Notes: a model not told the origin generated them from the letters alone. DNA of 64,000 bases from Macrostomum lignano (GCA_002269645.1 NIVC01002081.1:142233-206232); one strand, 5' to 3'; positions 1 to 49,086 are shown, counted from the stretch's first letter. Numbers and translations are program-made.

Positions 1-1485
1 TTAACTAGAAAAGAAACACTAAGATCGATTGTGGAATCAACTTAATAGGTACTTAAAATATTATGTGATCAGGCAAACTCGAATTTATAAAGTTGTGAAA
101 AATGGGACTTATACATAAACCTTGTTATAGTGTAATTACATTCGACTCGCTATTTTAAATTCGAAAGTCATGATATTCGATTTCGAAATTAAATAGAATT
201 TTAGCCGGATCCATAGCTATAATAGAAAACGGGTTCCGGTGCTGGAACTCTAGCCATAACTTATGGCATAAGCCATAACATATAGTTATTAGTATATAGC
301 CTACTGACTTGTATTGTCATAACTCATGTGACGGCCCTAGGCTAGCCTGGCTAGGTTTAGGTAGGCCTATTACGTATAACATTTTTTACTTTGATATTTG
401 TTTCAGTTTATAAACTATATATGATATGGCATCATAGGCCTAGGGTAGAATCCTAGGCCTAGTAGGCCTATCTTATCTCAAGGGCAAGGCTAAAGTCTAA
501 AGATTCTGAGGTCAGCTGGATAGGAATATCACAGGTTTCACAGTAGGACATCATTACAATTTTATGCAAATGATGACATAGGCCTATCTCAAGTTTTCAT
601 TCAACTTCAAGCATAGTTAGGCCTATAATTGATATTTTGGGTTTGTGTTTGTGGTGATTTATAATTTACATTTGGGTGATGATATTTTGGGCATATGATA
701 TTGATAGAAAGAACTTTTGGAGTTGTGATTTTTTGGGTTTTTGATTCCCTCCTATGGTCCTAGAACTCCTAAGCTAGGCCTAGGTTTATAGATTTATGTA
801 CTATAGCCTAGCTTTTAGTATATTTAGATTTCTTATCCAATGTCAATACTTGTTGGTATTGATAAACTATATTTATATCAAATATAATAATTTGGTTATT
901 CTAATATTCTATTGCATTGGACCTAGATGGAATTCTTGCAGAAAAATCACAACGCATTATGCGATTGCGTGAAAAAAATGCGATTTTGCGTCAAAAAATC
1001 CGGAAAAAATTCGTTGCAGAATTTCAGACAAAATTTCTAATTCTTAATATATGCAAAAGTGTGCTTGAAATATTGGATTTCAAAAAATAAAAATCAAAAA
1101 ATAAAAATCATTTGCCTTTATTATCTCCATTACTATTATATGTATCTTCTTAATAGGCTTTATCTTCTAATTTTTAGTATATAGTATATATAGTAGATAG
1201 GCACTAGTCAATAGCACATTGTTAGGTAGGCCTAACCAAATTAGCAATATATGGTAGTCCTAAGATAAACAAGTTCATTAACAGAGTTGCCAAATTAGTC
1301 ATTGACAAACTTGGTAGCACCCTATGGCACATGTCTAAGATAGCCACAGCTTTAAATATTTAAATATATAATAATAAGCCTAAGTCTATATTTTTATTTT
1401 TTTATTTTTGGTAATAATATGTATTAAGTATAGATCTTCAATGTTCAAGTCCTATATAAATAGAATTATATTATATTATAAACAT

Positions 1486-2053
1486 TACAGCTGTCAGAAA
1501 TTAAGATTTAGACCAAAATGAGATTTGAAACAAGAAAAGTCTGAAGTCAAAAAATTTTGAAACAAGATGATAAGATTAAAAATATTTGAAAAATATATGT
1601 ATCTCATTACAACAAATACACCAAATACAACAAATACATCCTTTTGAGTATGCTGCCAAATCACCTTATTGCAAGACTAAAATGATGGCAAAAATATGTA
1701 TTAGTAGAAGTTTGCATGTCAGCATTTATAATGATATTTGCATTTATCACAATGATATAAAACTTCTCAACTAACCTAACCTATCATAGAATTTATCCAT
1801 TTCAAAATCATCTTGCTAAAATATTCAAACAAAAACCATAGGTTCAACAATAGTATTTAAGTGTTTTGAAGACAATATTTGCCTTTTCACATATTTTCTT
1901 AATCAAAATTTCATTTTTAGCAATCTGAAAAATTTCTCAATTTCTCAAATCTTGTCTCAAAATTTTCTACAAAAGTCAAGATTTCTCAACAATAGAAAAA
2001 ATGTTGAGATCTCATCTCAAATCTCATCTCATCAAGATCTTGCAACACCTCTA
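1486..2053. mobile_element. Decayed hAT-like non-autonomous DNA element (tentative)
   Basis: The right end reads TAGAGGTGTTGCAAGATCTTGATGAGATGAGAT on the - strand, resembling hAT-type termini with GAGACGAG subterminal motifs decayed to GAGATGAG. There is a weak inverted match (aaaattttgaaacaagat vs aaaattttgagacaagat). No TSD found. Confidence 0.3.
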
Positions 2054-4274
2054 ATAAACATTACCTTTGGCTTCAACTTTTATTATAGCCTGACCTATAT
2101 ATATTTATTCCACTAAATAAAGCAAGTATACTAGTACAAAATAAATATCTTATATATTTATCCCATTTTTGCAAATCATTACCACTGTCATTATTATAGT
2201 CATTATTATTATCAATGGTTTTTTGATAATAATAATGACTAATAAAGATAGATTTAATAGATATAATAATAAGGAATAAATTGGCACAAATACTCAAAAA
2301 GAGTAAAGCTTTGTATCATAGATCATACATTAGTTCGAATCTATCATTATATAGGTATTTATGAATATGATTGACTACACATGATAATTAATATAAAATA
2401 ACTAATAAATAAAATAACTATTTCATTATTTCAAAATAACTAATGAAATAACTAATATTTTAGGATAAAATAATTAATGATAAAAAAGAGAAATGTAAAT
2501 ATAATATACATTCAATATTGTGGCCATCTAAATTTAATTTGATTTTAAAATACATTTAATATTTTTATACTTGATTTTAATTTTAAAGACCCTTTAATAG
2601 TTTTATCAAAATTTTTTATTTTAATTATACTATAGTATACTATAGGCCACATGTGACCTGCAAAGCCTCCCTATCCAGCCCTTGAGTCCTTTGAAACTTC
2701 AACAGCAATCTAGCTATCAATGTCTATATCTTTTCTTAGCAGTCTTCTTTCTAATCCTTTCCCTTTTTCTCTCCTAGTCTTGTCTTCTCTCTCCTTTCTT
2801 CTCTAATATTTTTTCTCCTTTCTCCTCTCGTTTCTCTTCCCTCTCTTCTTTATTTTCTCATCTTTCCTTTTTCCTATCTTCCTTCTCTCTGGTCTCTCTG
2901 GTACTTGAGATAAAAAAGTTAGCCAACCCCTAGTCTATGCAATTGATAATAGAAAGAATATCTTAACTGATTTTCTTTAAACTTATACCATTTGATTAGA
3001 AATTTTTTTATGGTGATACACCTTTTGTGGCTAAGTAGAGAGCAATATACTGCATTGTTCAATTCTAAAAGAAATTAAATATAAAAAAACATGCTTTTTG
3101 CAAAGCCCAAGTAGACTTTCAACCTGAAATGCATTGTAAGAATACTAGAAAAAAACCTGACTGACTGAATTCTGATTCTGATAAGGATTGTAGAACAATA
3201 GGCCTTTTATCATCAGTTTACTGGCTGGTTTTGACATTGACTTGAATTTTGCAACAGTTTAAAATATAGTATGGAAGCATGTAGTGCAAGACTTGTTTGA
3301 GATTGCATAATTGAATTGCTAACTTTAATGGTGACTCCAACCAACTTGATTTGGGTATTGAATTATAAGTGCTACAATTTATATAATCAGATTAATGACA
3401 GCTAGCCTAAATGCAAATGGCTGGAACTGCTAATCTCTGATCTCTGTGTATATATTTTAAAGTAGATATTAGACATACTTAGTGGATATAGTTATATAAA
3501 ATTTTTACCAAGGAATGACAATTTCTTTGAAACCTTTGCTAGTAAAACTGTTTAAATTAAGGCCTATTCTTATTTATAGTAGGATCAATAAGGTTTTAAT
3601 AGTCTTATATTGATAAAAACTTAGGATCATTGTTTATGTTTATTGCATTTTAAAATATGCTTGCAATATACTGCATGTTATTAAAACTTATTGAGTCATT
3701 GACAGATAATCTATAATTTAGCTTATTTTCTTATGAGTAGTAGTTTAAAGTGAGTGATTGGCCATTTGTTATTGCACTCTTTAGACTGCAGTGTGGATTG
3801 AAGACTGGTGAGGAGGTTGCTGTCTAGGCCAGCAATTGCTAGCTATTGTTGTTCAAAGTGTCAGTGAACTCATTCAGTCTGTCTGAAGTCTGAACTAGTC
3901 TATTCTTATGTCCTCATTTGTATTCCCCAGTTTGAAAGGGTGTATAAACAATTATTCAATATATTTTAATCTTCCTCATATTTATTATCTAAAACTGCCT
4001 TTTGCTGCTCGACATATTTTTAAAATCCCCTATGGCTTCCCATTTGGGCTTAATCGCATCAGATTTATAAATGCGTGTGAAAGCTTTTTTAAACTTAAAT
4101 TTCGCTAATCAGTTTTGTGTGACACTATTGAACTGTTAGTAGCATTCATTGAGTATCAAATATGTTTTAGTTTTCTGCTGACAAAATTTAATATTCCAAG
4201 ACCTAAGATTGCAGCCATGCTGAGATAGTTATTGATTCCTTCATCCAAGATTATCAGATTCGGATTTGATCACC

Positions 4275-4515
4275 GCCAGCCTCCCAGATCCTCAGTTGCT
4301 GGGCCAGCCTCCCAGATCCTCAGTTGCTGGGCGAGCTTCCCAGATCCTCAGTTGCTAGGCCAGCCTCCCAGATCCTCATTTACTGAGCGAGCTTCCCAGA
4401 TCCTCAGTTGCTAGGCCAGCCTCCCAGATCCTCAGTTGCTGGGCCAGCCTCCCAGATCCTCAGTTGCTAGGCCAGCCTCCCAGATCCTCAGTTGCTAGGC
4501 CAGCCTCCCAGATCC
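4275..4515. repeat. 28-bp minisatellite (gccagcctcccagatcctcagttgctag), about 8 copies
   Basis: Direct periodicity in the sequence. Confidence 0.9.
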
Positions 4516-5417
4516 AGGGGCTGGTTCTCAGTGCCATTAAGAACACTTAACACTGGGATCTCAATGGTTATGTAAGTAGCGCTTTAAGCATAAAAAGTTC
4601 TAGAAAAGTTGCTTACTTGTATTTCATTCCTAATTTGAATTGGAATGCACCGGGATTTTTTTGGTTTGGGCTGAACTTAACCAACTTAACCAAACATGGC
4701 CTACAAAGGGAAGAAATCTAGTAAGTATAGAAAGACGGTTAAAGCTTTAATAGGAAGGTCGTGTTGTAGAGCTATTTTATTTTATTATTCAGTTCTAACT
4801 CTTCGGCAAGGAAATGCCATGTTGCTAGACTATTTAATAGGACAGCGAAATGCCTTGAAGCAAATGCAGAATGCATTAATTAAGGTCTGATTATTGCATG
4901 TACGACTTCAAGGCTTTCTCGGCTTCATTTGTTTCGGGTAAAATGCGCTATTCGAAATGCGTATTTCAAGCAAATTGAGCAGCTCTTTATCAGCTGAGCT
5001 AGTTGTTAGTTGCTAGTTGCTGCTCAAGTGTTAAAGCAAAACAGTCCCTATGAACTTGAGTACCCTTATAGTTCTATAAGTGTTTTGAGCTTTGATCCCC
5101 GTCCAAAAAGTTTTGCAACTAAAAATATTTATAGTTGACGGATTCCACCTTGGCTTGGGCGCCTAATCAGTAAGCAGTGCGACGGTCGGTTGGCTACTGA
5201 ACATGCATTTTTTTCTATCCGAGTGCCTCAATATGTACTCTTTGATTGCCTCAATCCGTGTCTGCTTTGTCCACTGCGCTAGCGGCTGAGGGACGCGGCT
5301 CAGGAATCGGGATAGAGATATAGGAGAGAGAGACTAAATGGCCTAGTTGTATCTGTCAGGGCCAACGAATATCTAAATTCTGGAATGGCGATTCCGCTAC
5401 TAGACTGTTCTCACTTT

Positions 5418-5517
5418 GTGTGTCTGTCGTCTATCTGCCTGCCTGCCTGCCTGTCTGTGTGTCTGTCTGTCTGTCTGTCTGTCTCTGTCTGTCTGTCTGT
5501 CTGTCTTTCTGTCTTAG

Positions 5518-5548
<31 letters not shown>

Positions 5549-5551
5549 TTT

Positions 5552-5618
<67 letters not shown>

Positions 5619-5637
5619 GTCTGTCTGCCTGCCTGCC

Positions 5638-5681
<44 letters not shown>

Positions 5682-5690
5682 CGCCTGTCT
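5418..5690. repeat. (TCTG)n microsatellite upstream of the gene
   Basis: Direct reading; source of the SVCL/TDRQ ORFs. Confidence 0.95.
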
Positions 5691-6140
5691 GTTTTCGGCC
5701 GTTATTGAAAGACCCATAGTTAGTCACTGTTTTAAGATTGGCAAACCAGATTACAACAGTCAGTTGTCCTTGCCCACGACCAGCCCGCGTTTTTGCTCTG
5801 TATTTTTTGCTCACCCCTCACCGCACCCAATAGCAGATAACAAGATCCGTTTTCTCGCTCATACATACAGGCCGCAGGAAACGAGCAAGCATATCACTGG
5901 CGTGCACATATTCTTTATTACGTAAATTGTAGTAAATGACAGTTACTATACGAATTAAGAAATGGTATTCTCGATTTCTTAGAAATATATTGTTTATGAA
6001 CAATAGTCACTAAAAATACGTGCTTTGAAGTGTTGGTTTTTATTGCATTGGTTTCAGTCAGTCTAATGCGATAAACAAGATTCTCTTTTAATTGGACTCT
6101 GTCAGCGAATTGATTTATTGGTGCCAGCTGATTTTCTATC

Positions 6141-41303
<35,163 letters not shown>

Positions 41304-42129
41304 AAACCTGGCTGCTCCAAACTTTGCCAATCCGAATTCTGGCGTGCCTTAGAAAAAGAAACTGTAAATCTACATTAGTATCGTCGCATTGCTACTTGCA
41401 GTAGCTTTCGCGTTTTGTGCAGATTAATGTATTGTATTACGTTTTTTTGTATTTTTTCAATTCAAACATTTGTGCTCGATTGTATTTTTTGCTACTTCGA
41501 AGTGACTCATATTGTTTCTACTCTGCTCACGATATTTCTCTAAACTAAGTATAGTCAACTCTGCGGTTGGAATATTAAATTTGCGCCAAATTTGTTTTAC
41601 TTATCAAAAATAATAATTTCTGCTGGGAGTCATTTTATAAGTATTGTATTAATATTTTGCTAAGAAATATTTTGGAAGATAATTAAATTAATTCATGATA
41701 GTTGAAAGTGCAGTCATGTACTATTAATACTGACCTTTAATATAACCTATTTGAAGTTCCTTTCTCGATATTTTTCTGCTAAATTCTGCTCATTATTTTT
41801 CTAATGATTTATGATTACTGTACTAAATATTTATACTCGTAAGCTTGTTCGGGCACTTAGTGCTGTATGATATTCATTAATTTTCTCGAACATTCTCAAA
41901 ATAAATTCAAATTGTAATTTACTTTTTGAAATTTTTGTCTAAGTTATAAGGTAATTGTCCAGCGCCAAGTCATCAAGTTAAAGCCCAATTATTTTGCTTT
42001 ACAATACTATAACAATGTATACAATCTGCGCTGTGAGTTTATTTTGCGTCCTTTTCTATACACTGCCACACGTCTGTTGCCAATATTGCACATTCCATGC
42101 CATCTTGTTTGATCAAAACCCGTTCCAAT

Positions 42130-42610
42130 CCTCACCTATTCTAACCCACCACCCCATTCTCACCCACCACCCCATTCTCACCCACCACCCCATTCTCACC
42201 CACCACCCCATTCTCACCCACCACCCCATTCTCACCCACCACCCCATTCTCACCCACCACCCCATTCTCACCCCCACCCCATTCTCACCCACCACCCCAT
42301 TCTCACCCACCACCTCATTCTCACCCACCACCCCATTCTTACCCACCACCCCATTCTCACCCACCATCCCATTCTCACCCACCATCCCATTCTCACCCAC
42401 CATCCCATTCTCACCCACCACCCCATTCTCACCCACCACCCCATTCTCACCCACCACCCCATTCTCACCCACCACCCCATTCTCACCCACCATCCCATTC
42501 TCACCCACCACCCCATTCTCACTCACCACCTTGTTCTCACCCACCACCCCATTCTCACCCACCACCCCATTCTCACCCACCACTCCATTCTCACCCACCA
42601 CCCCATTCTA
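42130..42610. repeat. 18-bp array (ccaccaccccattctcac)
   Basis: Direct periodicity; source of the GENGVV and WVRMGW ORFs. Confidence 0.92.
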
Positions 42611-42618
42611 ACCCAGCA

Positions 42619-42924
42619 GCCTAGTGGTTAGAGCGTCGGACTCACGACTTGAAGGTCGGGGGTTCGATTCCCGATCCCACTGAAACAATTTGTGTCCTTG
42701 AGCAAGACACTGTAGCTCTGCATTGCTTCAGTTCACCCAGCTGTAAAATGGGTGCCAGCATTAGCTGGGGTAATTGAGGGTGTGTGGCGACCCCCCAGTC
42801 CTTGGACTGAACAGCCGTACGCAGCCTTCAGATGCGCCGCGCAATAGCTGCGGCTGAGCTGTCGGTTGCACATCTGCCCTTTGTGGTAGGTCTAATCAAT
42901 TATTATTATTATTATTATTATTAT
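42619..42924 (+). mobile_element. tRNA-derived CORE-type SINE with (ATT)n tail and TSD
   Basis: A box tggttagagcg, B box ggttcgattcc, CORE-like tgtgtccttgagcaagac...ctgtaaaatggg and an (ATT)n tail. 10-bp TSD TAACCCAGCA at 42609-42618 and 42925-42934. Confidence 0.88.
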
Positions 42925-44349
42925 TAACCCAGCACCCCAATCCAACCCACTACCCCACTCTAAACCACCACCCCACCAAAACTCACCACCCCATTCCTAT
43001 CCATTAACAGTTTATTCCTAATTTTAAATCTTCCTGTGCTCATTTTTCACTGTAATCTTTCGGCCTTAACAGTCCACAGTCTACTGTGTAACTCTTACAC
43101 AATAAGCCAATACAAGTACCAATGAAATTTAATTAAAGTGTAATGTGTACTTGTATATGATACTTAATGCTAATACTGTATATGCATAGGTAATATTTGC
43201 CTAGGATATTTTCACAGGCATTTTGTGTGACTTGCTCCTGCGTGTACCTTTACCTAAGCTGCCTAAATTTGTGTTTTTGCTCTCTTATCTAATATATATA
43301 CATAAACATATCAGAAGCACAGATATCCTGAATAAGTCAATACTACATATTTAACGTACGATTCACACCTCAATTCCACAGCATCATTGATTTTTTGTGG
43401 CCAATTGTTTTCTGATTTTAACAAATGCCCAGTCAACTATTCGCTCTGCATTGCGCTGAAATTTAAATTGATTGTTCCGTAATTGAACTCTTAGTAATAA
43501 ATTTATTTAATATCCCAAATGTTCTACTTAAATTCGTATTGAATAGTAGTGCAATGCGCACATTGAAAGTAATTTATAAACAATTGTAACAAAACAACAT
43601 CTGGAAATTGAATTGCAATTCAACTGCCTCGCCAAGTTGAAGCGATTAACTACGAGTAGAATATTTTGAAAGATTACTAATCGATAATATCGATATATTC
43701 GCACAATTGATTGTCGCGTCTTTCATCTTGTTGGCAACTCAATATTCTCTCCGCTTCGATTGCTTGCTTCCTTCCTTCCTTCCTGTCTTGCTGCCCTCTT
43801 CAAATGCGCGTGCTACACTCTACTATTCAAGTTAGTAGTAAGATAGGTAAACTTGTTCTTTTTCGTTTATTGTATCAATTTTGTTTTTAAGTTCCCGCCA
43901 TTGCTTAATATGCTGTTGCTATTTAATATTGTTTATACATGAATACGTATGAGTATAAATATAATTATATATATTGTTGGCATTAACTTCAGTCTGGTTA
44001 TTTATCAATTGATTTTTTGTTTAACTGTTCGCCTCAATTTCTTGTAGGCCATGTCTTATAGAGCAAATTATCCTATAGCTTCAGAGTTTGAACTGCAAAA
44101 TTGAAAATTTCAATTGCATCATTCATTACCTATCTGTGTGCAGTGTTTTTTTCCAGTTGGTTAATTACTTTCTACGAATGAGCTACGCGTATCTTTCAAT
44201 TTGTAAACTCTACTCGATTTGAAGCTCCAGAAAATGGACAAAATTTTATGCGCAGATGAGGCCAATTAGGAGAGCTGCTTTCATGGTAATTGCTGGAACA
44301 GAGCGCAACTGTGCATTGTTCTCCGACTCTGCTGAGCCACACAGAATAT

Positions 44350-44950
44350 CGCCACTAATCCACCCTGAGAATTGCCCCTAATCCACCCTGAGAATTGCCC
44401 CTAATCCACCCTGAGAATTGCCCCTAATCCACCCTGAGAATTGCCCCTAATCCACCCTGAGAATTGCCCCTAATCCACCCTGAGAATCGCCCCTAATCCA
44501 CCCTGAGAATCGCCCCTAATCCACCCTGAGAATCGCCACTAATCCACCTTGAAGATCGCCCCTAATCCATCCTGAGAATCGCCCCTAATCCACCCTGAGA
44601 ATCGCCACTAATCCACCTTGAAAAGCGCCCTAATCCATCCTAAGAATCGCCCCTAATCCACCTTAAAAATCGCCACTAAACCACCTGAGAATCGCCACCA
44701 AAATAGCCTGAGGATCGCCCCTAATCCACACTGAGGATCGCCCCTAATCCACTCTGAGAATCGCCCCTAATCCACACTGAGAATCGCCCCTAATCCACAC
44801 TGAGAATCGTCACTAATCTATCTTGAGATTCGTCCCGAATCCACCTTGAGAATCGCCACTAATCCACCTTCGAATCGCCCCTATCCATCCACCCTGAGAA
44901 TCGCCCCTAACCCACCCTGAGAATTGCATCTAAGCTACCATGATAATCGC
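44350..44950. repeat. 23-bp array (gaatcgcccctaatccaccctga), same family as 34690-35075
   Basis: Shared GAATCGCCCCTAATC core. Confidence 0.9.
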
Positions 44951-45647
44951 CCTTAAACCAAAGCTGAATAGAGAAGTAATTTACCATGGGAAATCGAGTG
45001 CTATCGTAAAAAGTTGATTTTTAAATGCGCAGGCCATTCTCAATTTAATTATTTACAGAAGTGGAAAGCAGCCGCCTCATCTGGCCAATTTACTGGTGCA
45101 ATTAATACAACTTTTCTACGCAAAAAATTCCACAAATTACTTTCTTCGTAGCTAATTTTCTTTCCTACAAAAGATGAGAATGCGGTGGTCGATGGATCGT
45201 GAGACTAAAAAAGTATATATTGCAGGTATCGGTGTAGAAAATTTAGATAAACATCATTGCTTAAAGAAAACCAGCGTTGCTTCTGTACAATCATTTTCGC
45301 CGTTCATTTGACTATTAACTGTAAGTTTGTTTTGTATTTGGCATCTTGGCGTATTGCACACGTCTGACACAAATACGATTGCTGACACACCTGTCTGACG
45401 ACACACAGAGAGACTATCTTTGATTGCTGACACACCTGTCTGACATAGAGAGACGATCTCTCTGATTGCTGACACACCTGTCTGACATAGAGAGACCATC
45501 TCTCTGATTGCTGACACACCTGTCTGACATAGAGAGACGATTTCTGATTGCTGACACCTGTTGACTCACCTGCTGCACAGAGACGATCTCTGATTGCTGA
45601 CACACAGAGGCAGTCTAATTAGTGACACAGGTTTCTAACATCCTCAG

Positions 45648-45974
45648 CCCAGACAGGTCATGTCGGAGCTGACACTCCGTTCGAATGTGTTCTGCCTGCC
45701 GCCGTTCGCTAACAAGCCAGCTGCGGCCTCATCAAGCCAGGCAGCTGAGGCCTACAAACCCCTGCTGTCCCGGCACGGCAATCTTCGATCCGTGAACCAA
45801 GAATCCAGCGGCGGTCCGGTGTCGCACTATCGACCGTCGGTGAAAACATTTAAAGAAGCTGGGGAAAATTCCAACAGCAGGTGTCAACAGTACATGGCTG
45901 ATGAGGCGCTGCAGGACCGGCAGAGGCAGCCGCACCTGTGCCAGAGGCGTCAGTTTCCTGGAAAGCAACGCTAG
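45648..45974 (+). CDS. GC-rich open frame, possible exon of an unidentified gene
   Basis: Acceptor-like cctcag| or gacag|, about 105 codons to TAG, composition like the real exons. No recognisable domain. Confidence 0.3.
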   Translation, partial: PRQVMSELTLRSNVFCLPPFANKPAAASSSQAAEAYKPLLSRHGNLRSVNQESSGGPVSHYRPSVKTFKEAGENSNSRCQQYMADEALQDRQRQPHLCQRRQFPGKQR

Positions 45975-46289
45975 ACAAGTTTCTCTCTCGCCCCCATCCC
46001 CCAATGCAAGGGGGGCTGTTTGACTGACAAGTTGGGATTAGCGGGTTGTTGCTCAGTTTTTTCACAGCATATTTAGCTAACGCGTTAGCTGTATCTTAAC
46101 CGGACTCGTATTAATAATTCTTGTGCCCACACCCTAAGATGTCAATAATTATTGACTAATTTGTTTAAGCTGCTGGTCTATCAATAAATCAAAATATTTA
46201 TAATCATCTACTTATGCTTCTTTATTCCTATGTCATCAACAATAAGTTCTGACTGTGCTAGTAAATGTGATCGTAAAGTCAGAGATTAG

Positions 46290-46990
46290 ATTCAGTGACA
46301 CAAGAAGAGAGATTAGAGATTCAGTGACACAAGAAGAGAGAGATTAGAGATTCAGTGACGCGAGAAGAGAGAGATTAGAGATTCAGTGACACAAGAAGAG
46401 AGAATAGAGATTCAGTGACACAAGAAGAGAGAATAGAGATTCAGTGACACAAGAAGAGAGAATAGAGATTCAGTGACACAAGAAGAGAGAATAGAGATTC
46501 AGTGACACAAGAAGAGAGAGATTAGAGATTCAGTGACACAAGAAGAGAGAGATTAGAGATTCAGTGACACAAGAAGAGAGAGATTAGAGATTCAGTGACA
46601 CAAGAAGAGAGAATAGAGATTCAGTGACACAAGAAGAGAGAGATTAGAGATTCAGTGACACAAGAAGAGAGAATAGAGATTCAGTGACACAAGAAGAGAG
46701 AATAGAGATTCAGTGACACAAGAAGAGAGAGATTAGAGATTCAGTGACACAAGAAGAGAGAGATTAGAGATTCAGTGACACAAGAAGAGAGAGATTAGAG
46801 ATTCAGTGACACAAGAAGAGAGAGATTAGAGATTCAGTGACACAAGAAGAGAGAGATTAGAGATTCAGTGACACGAGAAGAGAGAGACTAGAGATTCAGT
46901 GACACAAGAAGAGAGAGACTAGAGATTCAGTGACACAAGAAGAGAGAGATTAGAGATTTAGTGACACGTGAAAAGAGAGATTAGAGATTC
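46290..46990. repeat. 29/31-bp array (gattcagtgacacaagaagagagagattaga)
   Basis: Direct periodicity. Confidence 0.92.
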
Positions 46991-47439
46991 TAAATGTTAT
47001 TCAAGGGATTTGAAGAGAGATTAGAGACTTTGTGCCATGAGAAAAGAATAGAGATTACATATTCAGCGTAAAAACGAGAAGTCAATTAGGGAGTTGGAGC
47101 AATGCTTTTACCAAAAGCATCACTAAGCTGTAAAAATGTCCGCAGAGCATAAAAACTCTGCAGCCAGCAAGAAAATTAACTAACCTGGTAATCAGGTATG
47201 AGGTCCCGGCTTCTGGAGTTGGCCACAAAAATCCATTTCTCTATTGGGAATTCCCGGCGAAGTGCATAAGCATAAATTAGATTAATAATTCTTGCCCGGA
47301 AAGCCTCGATTTAGCTTAGCTGCCGTTGGATAATTTCAGCCGAACTTCGGCTTTTTATTGCCCAATTTTTTATTAGCGGGATTTGTCACTTTGCTTTCTT
47401 AGATTTGTAGCATACAGTCACTATCGACGGTTAGACTCA

Positions 47440-47484
47440 CAAACAGACAGACAAACAGACATGCAGACAGAGAGACAGACAGAA

Positions 47485-47527
<43 letters not shown>

Positions 47528-47528
47528 A

Positions 47529-47571
<43 letters not shown>

Positions 47572-47572
47572 A

Positions 47573-47647
<75 letters not shown>

Positions 47648-47660
47648 TAGATAGACACTG
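47440..47660. repeat. (CAGA)n microsatellite
   Basis: Direct reading. Confidence 0.95.
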
Positions 47661-49086
47661 AGACACATAAGACGGACACTGAGACAGCCGGAACGACACC
47701 ACAGCTAAGTGCGCCGGGAAAGTGACAATCCCCGAATTCTGTTGGCTATTAAAAGTGCATTCGCAGGACAAAATTCTGCTGACGTCAGAGGCTGCACAGC
47801 GGTAGCAATGCAGTTTGCCCTGGATTGTCCATGAATGACCAATTATCCTGCTAGAAACTTAGGAAGAGGATCGGAGCGAAAGCATTGTAAAAAAGGCGAG
47901 CGAGAGCCGCAGAAGGGACCTTAGAAAGTTTCCTTCGCATCCCGCCACTCCTCTCCAGTCGAAGTCTGTGCAGGCTTTCCTCTGACGCGTCCTAAAGTGC
48001 AGTCAGTAGTTGGCCTATTTTTAGCCAGCAACCCAGGGCACCGGAGTCGTAGAATACTGCTCCTTGTGATCCGGGGAGGGACACCGTTTCAGCTAACAGT
48101 TTCAACTCTTCCTGAAGCTTCTTTCCTTTATATTTTCACACTCTTACTCGTAGCCGATGAGTTTGGTCTAACACAATCTATCCACCACCTGAAGGCCAGG
48201 CAGGACAAATGCGTCTGCTGGGAGACCTATTGCATCCTGTTCCCGCACTTGTTCCTGACTTGAGTTGCCAACCAAGCTCGATGTGAAGCAGATGAAGAAG
48301 TTACCTGGATTAAATATCTTTCCAGAAACTCCGCATATTGTCCCAATGGAAAACCATTGCTGCTCAAGCTGACCAAGCGGTTGAATTGTCGCTGGTCTTC
48401 GGTATCAAATCCGGTCTTTCACCTGCCGGATTAGTAGGTAGATCTGTCTCCCCGAAAGCAGATTGTCTGGGTGGGCTTTGGACAGGGCGTCCTTGATTTT
48501 CCAATCCAGATGTTGTTAACACGGGAGCTCTAGGAGCATTTCGGATAGGGCAGTATGTGTACTGCAAATGATAATAAATATTCCCAATACACACTCGATC
48601 CGTTTAATCGCCAAGTTCCCACCAGCCTGAAGTGGAAAATCTATTTTTAGACCACCATCGCCCTCGATAAGCCCCTGCCTTACCCCCCCCCCCACCCTCC
48701 ATTCTGGGCCTCTCGCCTGCGCAATTGGAAAAGATTTCTTCACCAAGCCGAGGAACCCAAAAAGGCAATGCAAACGGAGCGCGTTGCTTTTTATACTTCC
48801 GGGATTGCGTTTGCTTGAACGGCCGTTGGGTTGGGAGAAGGGCGCTGTGGGGTAAGCGGGGTCAGAAATCCAGGGGCTTGTCCGAGCCAATTGGGGTTGA
48901 AGGAATTAGAGGAACACAAATTCTACTGCGGATATATCTCTGTATGTGTGTCCAAATCCGCTGGAGGGAGTGGGGCAGGACTTTTGCACTTTTAGCTCGT
49001 ATAAGTCGCAGATCCCAAAGCGCGTTGCATGGTTTTGGGATGGATTTTAGAAAAAGGATCATTGTAGCCCGTCTTCTGGCGCAGGC

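Noticed and set aside
42113-42601. Collagen-like GENGVV ORF
   Set aside because: An 18-bp tandem repeat with no signal peptide or splice support.
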